A DNA stretch of 64,000 nucleotides from Selaginella moellendorffii (Eukaryota > Plantae > Lycopodiophyta). The notes under the pieces were generated by a model. That model was given only the letters and a program-made list of their open reading frames with translations. It searched no databases and was not told the DNA's origin. Where the stretch lies: positions 692,254-756,253 of the forward strand of contig NW_003314308.1 in assembly GCF_000143415.4 (NCBI RefSeq), written 5' to 3'. Below, in pieces: positions 36,272 through 49,215 of the stretch (positions are counted from its first letter, which is position 1; each line of letters opens with the position of its first letter). The position numbers and the translations under genes are program-made.

Positions 36272-39200
36272 GAGTGTGGACTATACTTAAGCTTACGAGT
36301 TGAAGAGTTGAGCTTGTCAGTGGAGCTCAAGTTTCAATTATAGTTTAATACAAACATTAAAAACATTAAAATATTAAGGTTATGGCGAACTTAATAATTT
36401 CATAGCTTTCTACATATTATATAAATAAAAATGTTCTAAAAGACACTTCTTGTTCTAATAATTTAAATATTTATTTATGTTTTTTGGCTAGTAAATATTA
36501 GGTTTGTCAGAATTAAAAAATTATTAAATTTGAAATAAGATTCTATGTAAGGCTAACCATTTGAAAAAAAAAAAAAAACAACCATTGATGTAAGTTTATT
36601 GGATATAAAAGAAAGACTTAGTTCTTTTCTAGAATACATTCTTAAGGGGTTTGTCATAGCATACTGTCTAGAATTTATGAATCTTCATTCACACTCTTAT
36701 TCGAAGATAAGGAAATACACACAAATGTCTGTGGGTTTTAGTATTGGTAATTTTAACTCTCATAATCTTTCTTCCCAGGGTTCAAGGGCTAGGAGATGCA
36801 ATAATTTCTCATTGCACAATATAACCAAATTACATAGGAGATTGAAAGAGCGAATAGTGATCATGAGTTAGAAATAAATACAATGACAAAGGGCACAACA
36901 AATTGTGTGAAAAAATGCCCTCTTACTTGTTTTAAGAAACTACAATTTTGTGATTTTCAAGAAATACTCCATATATTTTTAGCTTCTAGTGGAAATAATG
37001 GCGATGATTAGTATGATGGTATATATGCTCTTATGACAATTGCAACATCACGCACCTGAAAGACTACCATGAAATATTTTTTGAAATGGTAAAGACAAAA
37101 ATGGAGACACACAAGTACTATGGGTAGTATTGTGAAAAGAACATTTACAAATATATAAAATGAAAAGTGAAATGAAAAATGTTTTTTTATTAATTATATA
37201 AAGTATAATAAATTTATATTATTGATAGAGAATAAACATCAATAGTGTTACAAATCTAGTTAGCTCCAAAAGTTTTTTGCAACTTAGTAATAGTAAGGTT
37301 TGTTTGGTGTATATGAATATTTACTTTAGGATCTTGGTGCAAGATGTTAATGAAGATGTAGTACATATGTTTATAAGACGCATATGCCTTCTTATGTTCC
37401 TCACGCTTTATAAAGTATAGACATATGCAAGAAGGAAAGTTTTGAATAACAATTGTGTACTCTCCAACTTTTGTTTTGACTATGTACTCATTTGCAAGTG
37501 CAATGATGTACTTCATGGAGAGAATTTCACACTCAAATATTTGAGCCAAATTTATTTTACCTTGCTTCTGCTTGGAAATGGTACCAATAAATTTAACTGC
37601 CTTACCTTTTCTTGTTGGCCTCCTATGCATCTCTATGGGAATAATCTTGGTTCTGTCACTCATGTCTCCAACTCTCCTCTTAAGATTATTTTAAGGTTTT
37701 CACTCTCACCCGAGTTGAGTATAACCCCATTAGCAACCGGCCATTCTTTAGGTATTGCATCAGGTTTAGTCACTATAGTGTCTTCAAGCCGCTTCATATG
37801 GTTGGTATTGGTGTTGCAATAATATAGTCAACACAATCTCAAAATCCTACTTGCTTTTGTTCCCTATAGAAACATGAGGTTAGAACAAAACCAGATTTGT
37901 CACCTCGAATCTAAGCCTAACACTTGCCCCTCAGAAGCATCCCCACACACTTTACATTTGATTTTGCTAGCACACGTTGGATTGTTCATTACTTTGGCTT
38001 TATGCTACAGTAAGCAATTTCAACCTGTTATAATGCACTTTCTTCATTAGCCACTTGAGGTGGCTCAATCTGAAAGCAGTGTCTTGGAGCAAAATGGTAC
38101 TCAATATCAAGCCTGTGAGAGCTTTTTGTTCCAAGGTCCGTGCCAACATCTTCACTAGTAAAGGAAAAACAATGCTTTGAGCAGATAATCTTTATATCAC
38201 TAATAGGAGTCTAGGGAGTGTACTCCATAAATGTGCCATGGACCACTTCCTCAACTACAATTGCCACTATTCGAGTGAGTGAATTTAATTTTCTCTTATC
38301 ATGTAATATCTCAATAGAAGGCCTTGTTCCCATATATCTTCCTTTCTTGAATGCCAACGCTTTTGAAGACTGCTCTATAGCATGTATCATATCTGATAGA
38401 CAGACTTCGTATAGACTCATCTTCCCTTTCCCTACCTTAGAGAAATGTTAACTCCAATGCTTACTTTCAAAGAGATTCACAGTTGGGGTGTATACAAAGT
38501 CCTCAAGTGGTTGATCCTAATGGAAAAGACAATATTAAAAAGCACTTGAAAAGAGTGATATCCCCATTGAAACATCCTAACTTCCCACCACCCTAACCAT
38601 AACTCAAGTTGTGGTAAATAATTTATATTTATATGGCCATCTGTAAACTCATGAATTTGAACTTCCCAGGAGGTCACTCAGCCTAGTACTATTCAAACCC
38701 AAGGACACTTAACTCTAAGTATCCCAAAACCCTTAACTGATTAGAAAAAGGGGTGCACGTTTATTCATGGGCCCTTTCCCTCTATATTTGAACCTTTATA
38801 GATCGTCTCTTAAGTCATTCTCTTTGGTTTCTTACACCATCTTCATGCCACCATATTCAGATCTTGTCTGCTTTTGCCTCATACTCTTCTTCAGAATGTG
38901 TAACTTGCCATTATTTGCACAACTCCTTAAACATTGATTGAAACTTTGGCGTAATAAGGTGGCAATGCTGGTTTAGACTTTGAGCCCAATGGAACTCATA
39001 AATCCTCTCAAAACCTTCCAATGGTTAACCATTCTTAAAAATTGCTTGGACACCATTTTAGTTTGCACTAGCTCTATCTGCCATGAAATTGCGAAAGTTT
39101 GCAGGCTTACTAGTCTACTTTAAGGCAATATTGGAGAAGGACTTCCAAAATATTTCTTAGGCTGTTTAGTCTTATACTTTAAATTCTACTGTTGCAATTG

Positions 39201-40900
39201 TCAAGTTACAATATAACTTATGAAAACACAAATATTACGACAATTTCAATATAATGAAAATAAAAATTACCTTGGATCATACACATAAGCTCTCATAGTT
39301 GTCCAACCTGATATGTGTTCCATATGGTCAAAATGTACCTATGCATTTACAAGATCATTGGACCTAAACATATCCATTCAGGATACAAGATCTACACCAG
39401 AGGTAAGGCCCATGGTAGACATTTTGAAGACGAAGGGGTGCTTCTGCGCATTCACAACTTAGTCTAAAAACAAATGTTTGTAGATGAATTCATATGGACA
39501 AGTCCGTTTCAATTCAAGGATAGAGTCAAGTTTTTTATTGCAACTTCCCCTCTTGAGATTCACATATCCAAGATTTTATCATAAACAATAGAATGTAAGA
39601 AAAAGATATTATTGTGACATATGAAATATAATAAACATACCTCTTTAGGCTATTAGCAGGTTATACTCTTTGTAATAAATCCCACAAACTAGCCTCTTTT
39701 AGTTGAGTCTTTTGGCAATCCGGATTGAGTAAGGTGTTTGTAATAAAATCCTTGAGGATGGTCTTCTGAATATGCTTCGAAGTTGCATATGAGTTTTTCA
39801 TAGTCTCTTTCTACATAGCATCTTTGAAATAGTTGAGAGAACTCCTTTGTATCCCTTTTTACATTAAATGTATGTGTGTGCCAACATGCACTGCAACTCT
39901 TCCAGCCACTCCATCCCATGGAAGAAAGTAATACATCTTAGCCTCGCAAATACCACGATATAGAGGAGTGTTTTTATAGAATCTACATTTGAATTTAACA
40001 GCAATGGTGTCATGGGCTAGAGGATTGATTGTAGACCCTTTGAAAATTATAAAATTTCTATAGCAATCTCGATTGCATGCTTCATCCACATAATCTAAAT
40101 GCCCACCACAATGAACTATAAACACTGTGCCTTCAAAATGTTGGAAATGTGTGGTCTTGATCTTGCACCAATTGTGGACATCTTGCCTAGTTTCCATCCC
40201 CTTCCATTTGGAACCTATGCTGCTGACAAAAAGTGGTAGCTCAAAGAAAATGTTGCCATTGTAAGAGGATGGAAGCTTGCTCATGAGCCTATACAAAAAC
40301 AAATGCATATCAATTGAGAGGCACAAAAACTGGAAAGCATTGTTAATGGCTTTGAATATTTTTGAAGCTAGAGTTGAAGCTAATGAATTCGGCACCGACA
40401 ATAGTATGACTTTTCCATATGAACTAGAAGAGGACGAAAGGATGACAATTGACTCTTTCTTCATATTCACTTTGGCTAGAGCGCATATTGGCACTTTGAT
40501 TGGAGATCCAAAAACTTGAATTTCCTTCAACTTGAAATTTTGTAAATCCCATTGTTATCCACCCTCACCCACACCAAAAAGAAGAAACTCTAAGCATGCA
40601 ACTATACCGGTGTTATTGCAAATCATAGCCTCTAAAGAAATAGAGCTAAGATGAAGATTAAAATGTTGACATAAAAAACTTTCAGAAACAATACTCTGAG
40701 AGAATGAAAGAGGTGGATGATCTTGAAAATGAAGAAGAAACCTCTCCATCCTTCTCAATAGGTTTTGGAATTCTCTCTCTTTATACTACTTGTAAAAATC
40801 CATAGTGAAAAATAATTGAAATTTAAATAGTAAGAAGAGTGTCAACAATATATAAAATGAATTTAAATTCTATAGCAAATTTAACATGTGCAAGTGTGAC
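36272..40900 (-). mobile_element. Mutator-like element, one terminus at 36272, with degenerate DDE-SWIM transposase (~40800 to 37256); other end not found
   Basis: Terminus GAGTGTGGACTATACTTAAGCTTACGAGTTGA is the inverted copy of the 35251 end. Fragments: FDHMEHISGWTTMRAYVYDP, NFMADRASAN, RIYEFHWAQSL, WLGWWEVR, and SWIM-like PSCICLYF...YKHMYYIF. Confidence 0.75.
38642..38836 (-). mobile_element. Cassandra-like solo LTR (195 bp) with 5S-derived box, inserted in the MULE transposase
   Basis: Termini TGTAAG...TTTACA on the minus strand. Perfect 5-bp TSD CCATC at 38637-38641 and 38837-38841. Colinear with the LTR at 34394-34587. Confidence 0.9.
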
Positions 40901-40959
40901 AGTATTAATATTACTGTCATTTATTATGATGTCTGATCCATGTATACACATAGAACCAA

Positions 40960-43900
40960 GGAATGTAGCACATGTGGGTTTTACCCTTTATCCTATGGTG
41001 ATTTACAATAGATAACCACGAAGAGGAACCTAAACCCTCCATGTGCCACATGCCACATGCCACATCTCCAAAGGACAATGGAGTGGAACTTGAGTTTCAG
41101 TGCCTTGAGCCACTGAACGAAGGAATGGAGCTAAACTTTTAAGCATAGAGCCAAGGAGTGATAGAACCGGACCACAGAGTGACTCTTGAGCGTTTAGCCC
41201 AAGGAGCGAAAGGACAGAAGCATGGAGCAACTTGGAACAATCTTAAAGTATTCAACATCCTAATGCCAGGACAAGCATGCAAAAAAAAGCCAAATAGATG
41301 TAAGCAACTAATTTTTTCCATTCTACTTTAATCACTTAACTGCACCTCCGACCACTTAGAGGAGTCTCATTCACAACCTCCATAAGTCCCTCTCAAGACT
41401 TGAGGTTTGCTAGCCCCGAGAATGGCATCTATGCCACTCAACCTTTGCACTTGGTCTAAGTGCTCCACGTGTCTGGTCCCATGACCGACACCCCAAGGCA
41501 CCACTAACATACCAGACCGTTACGCTAGGCCATGCCTAATCACCTTGGTCACATCGGTGGTCCAACATCATCTGCATTGCAATCCCGTCTCTCCAAAACT
41601 GGGCCATCCGTCCATGAGTGGTCATCCCAGATCCACTTCTTAGCATCCTTAGGATGCCCACAGACATGGGAAATAGCCTTCCCCAATATCTCTTTTCTAG
41701 TCCCCACCAAGTCCCTCTCTGTCCTTGGCCATGTTTGCCAACACTGCCACTGGATCAAGGCCCACAGGCCCGACCACTAAGTCCCACGGTCCTCTAGGAC
41801 TTCCTCACTGCACGACTGTATCCTTGGTCACTACACTAGAGGATTACTCCTCTTCCTTTCCACAGTCTAGGCTTTTGGGACAACATTTCGGAACACCGTG
41901 GCCTTACACAAGCCTCATGGGTACTCTCCCTGCCTTCCGCCTTTGGGTGCTCTAGCCATAGGCTTAGAGTGAGGTTCTGTTGAGCCATGCCTGGTATCCA
42001 AGTAGGTAGTGCCACCCACACTTGGACTAGGAGCATCGGCCAGTCGATCTCCCGGGGGACCTAGAGCCGGCTCTTGAACACTTCACCAAGCTACCCCGTT
42101 TGTCGGTCTGTGTTCACTCTAGTCTTGGACTTCCCAGTGGGCAGCTCATCACCTAACACTGGGTACAGCCTTCCTGGGCCAAACTAGCCTTTCCTGGCCA
42201 AATTGGCTCCACTGTAGTCCTTCCCCTTACTATACTTTTGGAGCTCACCAAACCCCCCAGGGTCTGGGAGACGAACGCTTTGGGCTTTCACCCTCTTAGA
42301 CTCGAACTCAGACTTGGACTCGGACTCGGACTCGGACTCGGGCTTGGTCTCAGTCTCGGTCCTGATCCCGATCTCGGTCTCAGTCTCGGTCTCGGTCTCG
42401 GTCCTGGTCTCGGTCTTGGTCTCGGTCTCGGTCTCGACCTCAGACTCCATCTTGGTCCATCTTGCACTCCATCTTGGGTCCATCTCGGACCCCATCTCGG
42501 ACTCCATCTCGAACTCCATCTTGGATCCATCTCGGACTCCATCTTGGACTCCGTCTTGGTCCATCTCGGACTCATCCACGTGTCACGTGTTGGTCCATTT
42601 GGGTCCCTTTTTGGAGCCTCGCTTATTGCTCGCTTCGTACTCGTTCCTTGAGCCCTTTGCTGGGAGTTCCACTCCCGCTCTCGACCTTTCAAGTTAGAGC
42701 TTTCGGTCCAAACGTGTTACACTCGTTTGGCTTTCGCTTCGGCCACTACCATGTGGCACCCTTCCGGCTCCACTTTGGGACCTAGGGATTTTGTGTCTCA
42801 CAATAGAGTCTAGCGCTATTTCAGCATACCAGTGTAAGCCAAAAAAATTTCCTTTCCAATTTGCTAGTTTACCTCGTCTATCCGACCACCATGACCTTGG
42901 CCTTTGCTAAATTCCTTTGCCAAAGTTTCCACATATTGTACCAGCTCTTACTTGGTCCTACTTGGATTTAGCAACTCACTGCACGAGCAACAAAGTGCTG
43001 GCCATTCTTCCACGGATTCCCAAATCTCTCCCAATCCCCCTCCCTGGGTTAGACTGGACTTAAGGCTTGGCTACACTCCCTGTAGGCACAAGAAACCAAG
43101 CACACTAAGCCTCCAGGTTCCTAACATTCCTTACTACAACAAGGCTTGATCATGAGACCCTCCAAATCCCAAGCTTTAGGTGCAACACTTGCCTCGGGAC
43201 GCCGGGGGAAAACACCATGGCCTAACGATCAGGTATGGGTACCTCTACCCCCCTAGGAAGGGCGAGGACCAATGAGTCGTAAAGTACTCAAGTGGGGCAC
43301 CACTCCATATGAGCCAGGGGCACCACAGTCGGTTTCCCTTCCGGGAGTGGGAGTTGCTTTTGAGCACTTCCTGGGGTGGCCCCTCCGACACCACCCAAGT
43401 CCATGCTCACTCCCACCTAAGGCCCTTCAACCCCAGTTTCAACCTCAAGTCAATTTGAAAGCATCACTAGAGAGTTCCTTCAAGAATGGTTCCTAGACCT
43501 CACTATCCCTACTATACTTTTGGAACCCCCTGCAGGCCCCCCCTCCGGGAGATGCATGCTTTGGGCTTTCACCTCTAGACTTGTATTAGTACTTGGACTC
43601 GGTCTCAGACTCGACTTCGGACTCGGTCTTGGACTCGATCTTGGACTCGACCTCGAACCCGATCTCGGACCCGACCTCAGACTTGACCTCGGACTCGGTC
43701 TCAGACCCGATCTCAGATCTCGGACTCTGTCTCAAACTCAGTCTCCAACTCGGTCTCGAAGTCAGCCTCGGACTCGATCCCGGACTTTGTCTTGAACTCG
43801 GTCTCAGAGTTGGTCTTGGACTCGATCTCAGACTCAGTCCCATCCGATGAACTCTTTATCATTTTGGTTATGCTTTCATGGATCCTTTAGCCTACAACAC

Positions 43901-44300
43901 TTCGGGGAGTTGGTTCCTTACAACTCCACCACCCATAGAAGAAGTTCAATGCCCATATCGAATGTCTCTTTTTAATCCTAAGACTTATTGACCATGTCTC
44001 CGGGGGCATCCCCCCACTTAGCAATATGCCTAAGTTAGCCTCCCCAGCCAAGAGCTCATGACAACAAGAAATAAGTGTCCTTATACCCCTTACCTCACCA
44101 TGCCCTAGTATAGGGTTGGGACTTCAACCCAGCCTTGCTTTACTAGGGGGTTGGGACTCGAACCCAACCTCCGTAAAATACGTCTACAGATTCGACATCC
44201 CCATGAAGAGTGGGGCGTAGTTCCCTACACTTGGTCAACTTAGCTAACCCATACTAATTAGCTTACCTTTGGCACGCCTTCGGGTCCTAACATATGCCAT
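40960..44300 (-). mobile_element. Nested LTR/non-coding Gypsy fragments with hexamer (GACTCG/GTCTCG-type) arrays
   Basis: Two homologous blocks (~42220-42575 and ~43500-43850) each have CTACTATACTTTTGGA...GCTTTGGGCTTTCACC followed by degenerate 6/12-bp repeats. Candidate minus-strand TG starts lie near 42802 and 44063. Exact LTR limits are unresolved. Confidence 0.55.
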
Positions 44301-44329
44301 TGCTCAACTTCATAAATTGATACTTTTAA

Positions 44330-47300
44330 TTGAACTTTGCATAAGTACATAGAGTTCTGCCTTGCAGAAATTCCTCCACTAGATCTCGCACGTTCGCTAG
44401 GTTCTCCTCTGGTTCCTATGTTGCCTCACAGTGTGGAAATCCTTTCCACTTCACATAGAACTCCCTCACCTCGTGTCTTTGTCACTTGCTCTTGTGCACA
44501 TTGAGGATGGCCTCAACTTCGTATTCTTCTTCCCCTTGGATAACCTCAGGTAAAGGTCTCACTTGGTCCTTGCAAAGTGGATCCTCAAAGTATGACTTGA
44601 GTAAGTTCACATGGAACACTGGGTGCATCTTCTCCATCTCCCGAGGAAGTCGGAAGTGGTAAGCCACTTTATGCATTCGTGCCTCAATCTCATAAGGCCT
44701 CACAAACCTATTTAAGGAACTCAAAATTAGTTCATTTCTAGGAATACATGCATTTTTACCTTTGGGTCAACTTCCAGCTGATCCCACTTGGCAGCCTTAG
44801 ATTCTTGGTGTTCAGCCACACCTTCTCCCTAGGTTGGAACTCTACATCTCGGCACTTCTGGTTTGCATATTTGGTTTGCCTTTGTTGAGCCCATTCCAAG
44901 GAATTCCTCACTAGATTCCAAATGTTAAGTCTTTCCGCTGTGAATGCCTCCACTGTGGGTAACTCTCCATGGCCACGCTGAGTTCCATAAGACCTTCAAT
45001 AGCTCGCCCATTGATGACTTCCTATGGACTCACCCTGATATTTGAGTGTGGTGAGTTGTTATAGCACATTTCCACAAGTCCCAAATGACTTACCTAATCA
45101 GTTTGGTCTCCGAAGACATAACATCGCAAATAATCCTTTAGCTACCTATTCACTATTTCTGTTTGTTCGTCGGTCAAGAAGTGTTAGTGCCATCAAACTT
45201 GACTTAATACCCAATACCTATCTGTGGGTGATAGACTGTGTTGAATTTCAACTTGGTGCATTACTATTTCAGGAGAGTTCTCTAGAACCTACTGGTGAAG
45301 ATCTTATCTCGATCTGAGATAATCTCCTTTGGTCTTCCCCGCACTCGAACCACTTGTTTGAAGAATAACTTTGCCACACCTTCTGCATCCACTTCCGTTG
45401 TGGTGGGTTGAAATATGCCATCTTCGAAAAATAGTCCACCACCACAAATATTGCATCAATCCCCTCGTTTGGGGGAGTCCCGTGATGAAGTCCATTGTAA
45501 GACATATTCACGAACGATTTAGAATTGGGATGCTTTGTGACAAGCCCCCACTAGCCTTAGTCATAGCTTTGACCTATTGACATATTGTACATGTCTTTAC
45601 ATAGTCTTGAACGTCCTTAGCCATATCTGGCCAGTGGTACTTCCTTTTGAGTAAGCCCATCGTCTTGGGCACTTTGCCGTGTCTCGCAAGAGGTCCGTCA
45701 TGACACTCTTCTAAGGCTACCTTCCTTAGTTCCTTTTCTGGAACGTACACCCTCATTTGTTTATAATAGATGAGTTCATTGCATTTCGCATAACCTGTTT
45801 TCTCTTCTGTTAGCAGCTCACCTCTTTGGTGAGCTTCTCGCTCCTCTTGGTTCCTCAGCAACATTTCTTGTGCTAGACCATTGTTCTCATACGCTATCTG
45901 CACATTGTCCCAAAAAGTTGCTGTCGCACTAAATATCGCCAACATCAAGCTCGCTTTTTGACTTAGAGCATCTGCCACAATGTTGCTCTTCCCAGGTTTA
46001 TACAGAATCTCTCAATCAAACTCGGCCAAAGCATTGGCCCACCGACGTTGTTTCCCCCTCAGATCGGGTTGTGACAAGAAGTGTTTCGTTGCCACATTAT
46101 CTATGTAAACTTTGAAGTGTCTTCCAAGGTAGTGTCGCCACTCTTTGAGCGCCTTGACCACCGCAAACAATTCTTTCTCATGGGCAGGCCACTTTCGTTA
46201 AGCCTTGTCCAACTTTTTTGAGAAGAACACTACTGGATGGTTGTCTTGCTTTAACACTGCCCCTAATGCAAAGTCCGAAGCATCTATTTCTACCTCAAAG
46301 TCCTTACCAAAGTCTAGTAACACTAACACGGGAGCCTTCCTCAACCTCCCTTTGAGGTGGACAAATACCACCTTGCATTGCACTGTCCATACCATCTTCC
46401 CTTTCTTCCCTTTTCCCGTTTGGTCTGTTAAAGGTAGGGTTACTTTCGAATAGTGTTTGATAAACTTTCGATAGTAGTTGCAAAGCCCCAAGAATGCCCT
46501 CAACTCATGTACATTTGATGGTCGTTCCCATTCCTGGATCGCTTGGACCTTTTTAGGGTCCACTTTGAGCCCGTCCTTGCCCACCACATGCCCGAGAAAC
46601 TTCACCTCTTGTTGAGCAAATTTACATTTGCTCTCTTTATCATACAGCTAGTGTTCCCTTAGTTTTTCAAATACCTTTGTCAAGTGTTCAGCATGTTTCT
46701 CTAGGGTCTTGCTATAGGTCAAGATGTCGTCAATGTAGATGACCATGAAATGGGTACAAAAATATGGTTTATCAATGCTGAGAAAGTTGTTGATGCATTG
46801 CACAGCCCAAAGGGCATCACTAGGAACTCAAAGCTTCCATACCTTGTTCGACAGGTTGTCTTCTACATCTTCCTCTGGTACCCTGATCTGGTAGTATCTT
46901 AATCTTAGGTCGATCCTCAAGAAGTATTTCGCCTTTCCTAACCTATCGAACAAGTCCTCAATCCTTGGTAAAGGGTATTTGTTCTTCTTTGTATACTTGT
47001 TGAGCAACCGATAATCTATGCACATGCGCATATATCCATCTTTCTTTTTCAAAAATAACACCAGTGCACCATACAGTGATTTGCTCAACCTAACATACCC
47101 TTTTTCCGCCAACTCCTCAAGTTAGCATTTGAGCTTCTCGAGTTCCTTTTCATTCAACCGATAGGGGGGACGAACCACCACCTTAGCACCCTTGACTAGT
47201 TCGATCTTGTGTTCTATCGGTCATTCGAGGGGTAACTCCGCTGGTAGCTCCTCCGGCATGGTATCTTGGAATTGGTTTAACACCCACTGGATCACCAAAG

Positions 47301-47610
47301 GCACTTCTTTTGTTTCTGTCTTTTTGTCACTCCTCACTGAGAGTAAGCACAAAAATTCTGCCTTGGTTCTTTTATTGAGTTGTCCTCTCGTGGACACCAG
47401 GTTCAAGTAGAATTCTTTGGCCTTACATTGCCCTACCTTTAGATCTTGGGCCTCCACATTGGATCATTTTCATCGGGCATTCGCCAATACCACAAGGTTC
47501 CTACTTTGTCCATGCAAGGTGACCATGAACCAATTGAACCAATCCATCCCGAAGATTATGTCAAATCCTGCCAGCTTAAACATGAGAAATGCTTCAATGC
47601 TCTTCACAAA
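44330..47610 (-). pseudogene. Ty3/Gypsy chromovirus pol (protease, RT, RNase H, integrase, chromodomain), degenerate
   Basis: [18 protein letters not shown]...[13 protein letters not shown] at ~46727-46738, DASDFALGAVL, ECHDGPLARH...CTICQ, MDFITGLP, HPVFHVNLLK and chromodomain EEEYEVEAIL. Confidence 0.92.
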
Positions 47611-48352
47611 AATGCCTCCTTACCCTTATGAGGCAAGGGTTTTATACAAGGAAGATGGGGAATATTCTAAGGACCAGAATATTCCCTCTCTCTCTCTCAC
47701 TCTCTCAATGGCCACGCCCTAACATGCAACCATGGTGGATCGTGTTGGCTCCAAACGTGCGAGAACCCTCCGAAAAGTGTAAAGTGTACCACTGCTACTG
47801 ATGCTAAGTGCTGGTAACTACGTGGAATAGTAGAAACTCTAAAAAACAAAGTGGAAAAAGAAAGAAAAGGGGTAGGTCTGAAGTTTGAAGATAGGGAGGA
47901 AAACCCAGTGAAGCTCTATTTCGTTAAAGTGGGAATTGTCATTATCCCACTTGTAAAATAAGGTTTCCAAACCTTTATATAGTATATAAATATAACAAAA
48001 TTCAACTGCATTGAGGCACATGCCATTTTATTTTAAACAAGGAAATGTCTACTCAATCACTTCTCCTCCCCCTGCCACTGCTTCACCTCTCTCTTTTCCT
48101 TGTCATCGTCGTCCAATTTCTTTCCATCCTTTTAATATTGGCTCAGTTGCTCCGAGTCTAGGTGGAGCCCAAGTCCCCATTCAATCTTTACTTTCCCCTT
48201 ATTAATAAAACAACTTCGTAGACTTCCAATAACATGCTATAACACTTCTAGTATAATGCAAATCCTCTCAAAGAATTGTCTTTTAATATTAATACAATGG
48301 CATGGAACCCCATGCCATAATAAGTTACATTTTTAAATAAATACATGCCATC

Positions 48353-49215
48353 TCAGACTGTTATTTTTTGCCTCCAACGCCTATACAATAATTTTGGAAT
48401 TTCATCACTCTCCACACTATCAGGATTTAAACCCAATAGTAATGCCATCTCTTCTCTAATACGTCCACGCTCATGTTCAGTGGTTGAAGAACCCATCCGG
48501 TTGAGCAGATTATGGAGATGCGGATAGTGCTTGGCTAGACAATATACATGCCATAAATGATGACTGGTGTCTGTCCGATCAAATGGCTTCTGATATACCG
48601 TTCCATCTGCCATTTGGTTGATTTCTGCAGCCACCTCCTGGACTGGCCGGTTCTCTATCACCATCGCTCCAAGCCGTTTTGCAAGGTCCCCCAGAACATA
48701 TGGTTTCTTCTCCCTAGTTTCCATACTGCAAGAGATGGGGTGCACTGCATATGTGTGCGTGTTCGCTGCAGTTTTAATCGGCGAGTCATCGATGATGAGG
48801 ATTTCACTTGACCTAGCAGTTCGGTTCATCACTACAGCCTCTGGCTTGACGAAGATGGGCTTGCTACCCCTCACATGGACCATAGTCAAGCAATCCTCCT
48901 GCGTTAGGAGAAAGTCAAATGGTAATATTATTCGCGTCTGATCGTGCATCATCTGTAGCAACGTTAGTGCATTGTGGCGCATCATGGATGTCCAAACTCC
49001 CAATTGCAAATTGAACCCGGCCCTCTGTTTTAAGTGTCGCATAGTCATTATTAGACCCTGCAGTTTCTCCCGTGTGATTAATGTGAATCTGTCTCTTTTG
49101 ACCAACTTGCGACCGCAAGCTTTGGAGGGTGCAGTGACATTCGAGGACGAGCCACGCTCATGGGAGAAAAGGACACCGTTCAGATCAAAAACGATACAGT
49201 ACTTTCGCCGTGACT
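48353..49215 (-). CDS. FCP1/NIF-like HAD phosphatase domain; probably the last exon of the large cargo gene
   Basis: IVFDLNGVL, LGVWTSMMRHN, FLLTQEDC, IFVKP and LIIDDSPIK. A 47-nt GT-AG intron (49216-49262) splices it in frame to the upstream exon. Confidence 0.82.

Noticed and set aside
34630-36871. Duplicated small proteins (ORFs 34630..34893 and 36599..36871)
   Set aside because: The similarity is DNA-level, from the shared MULE terminal region; the starts are non-ATG and no domain is recognisable.
42184-43850. ETETE/RPRPRP/LGLGLG repeat ORFs
   Set aside because: Artefacts of hexamer repeats open in several frames within LTR-like sequence.
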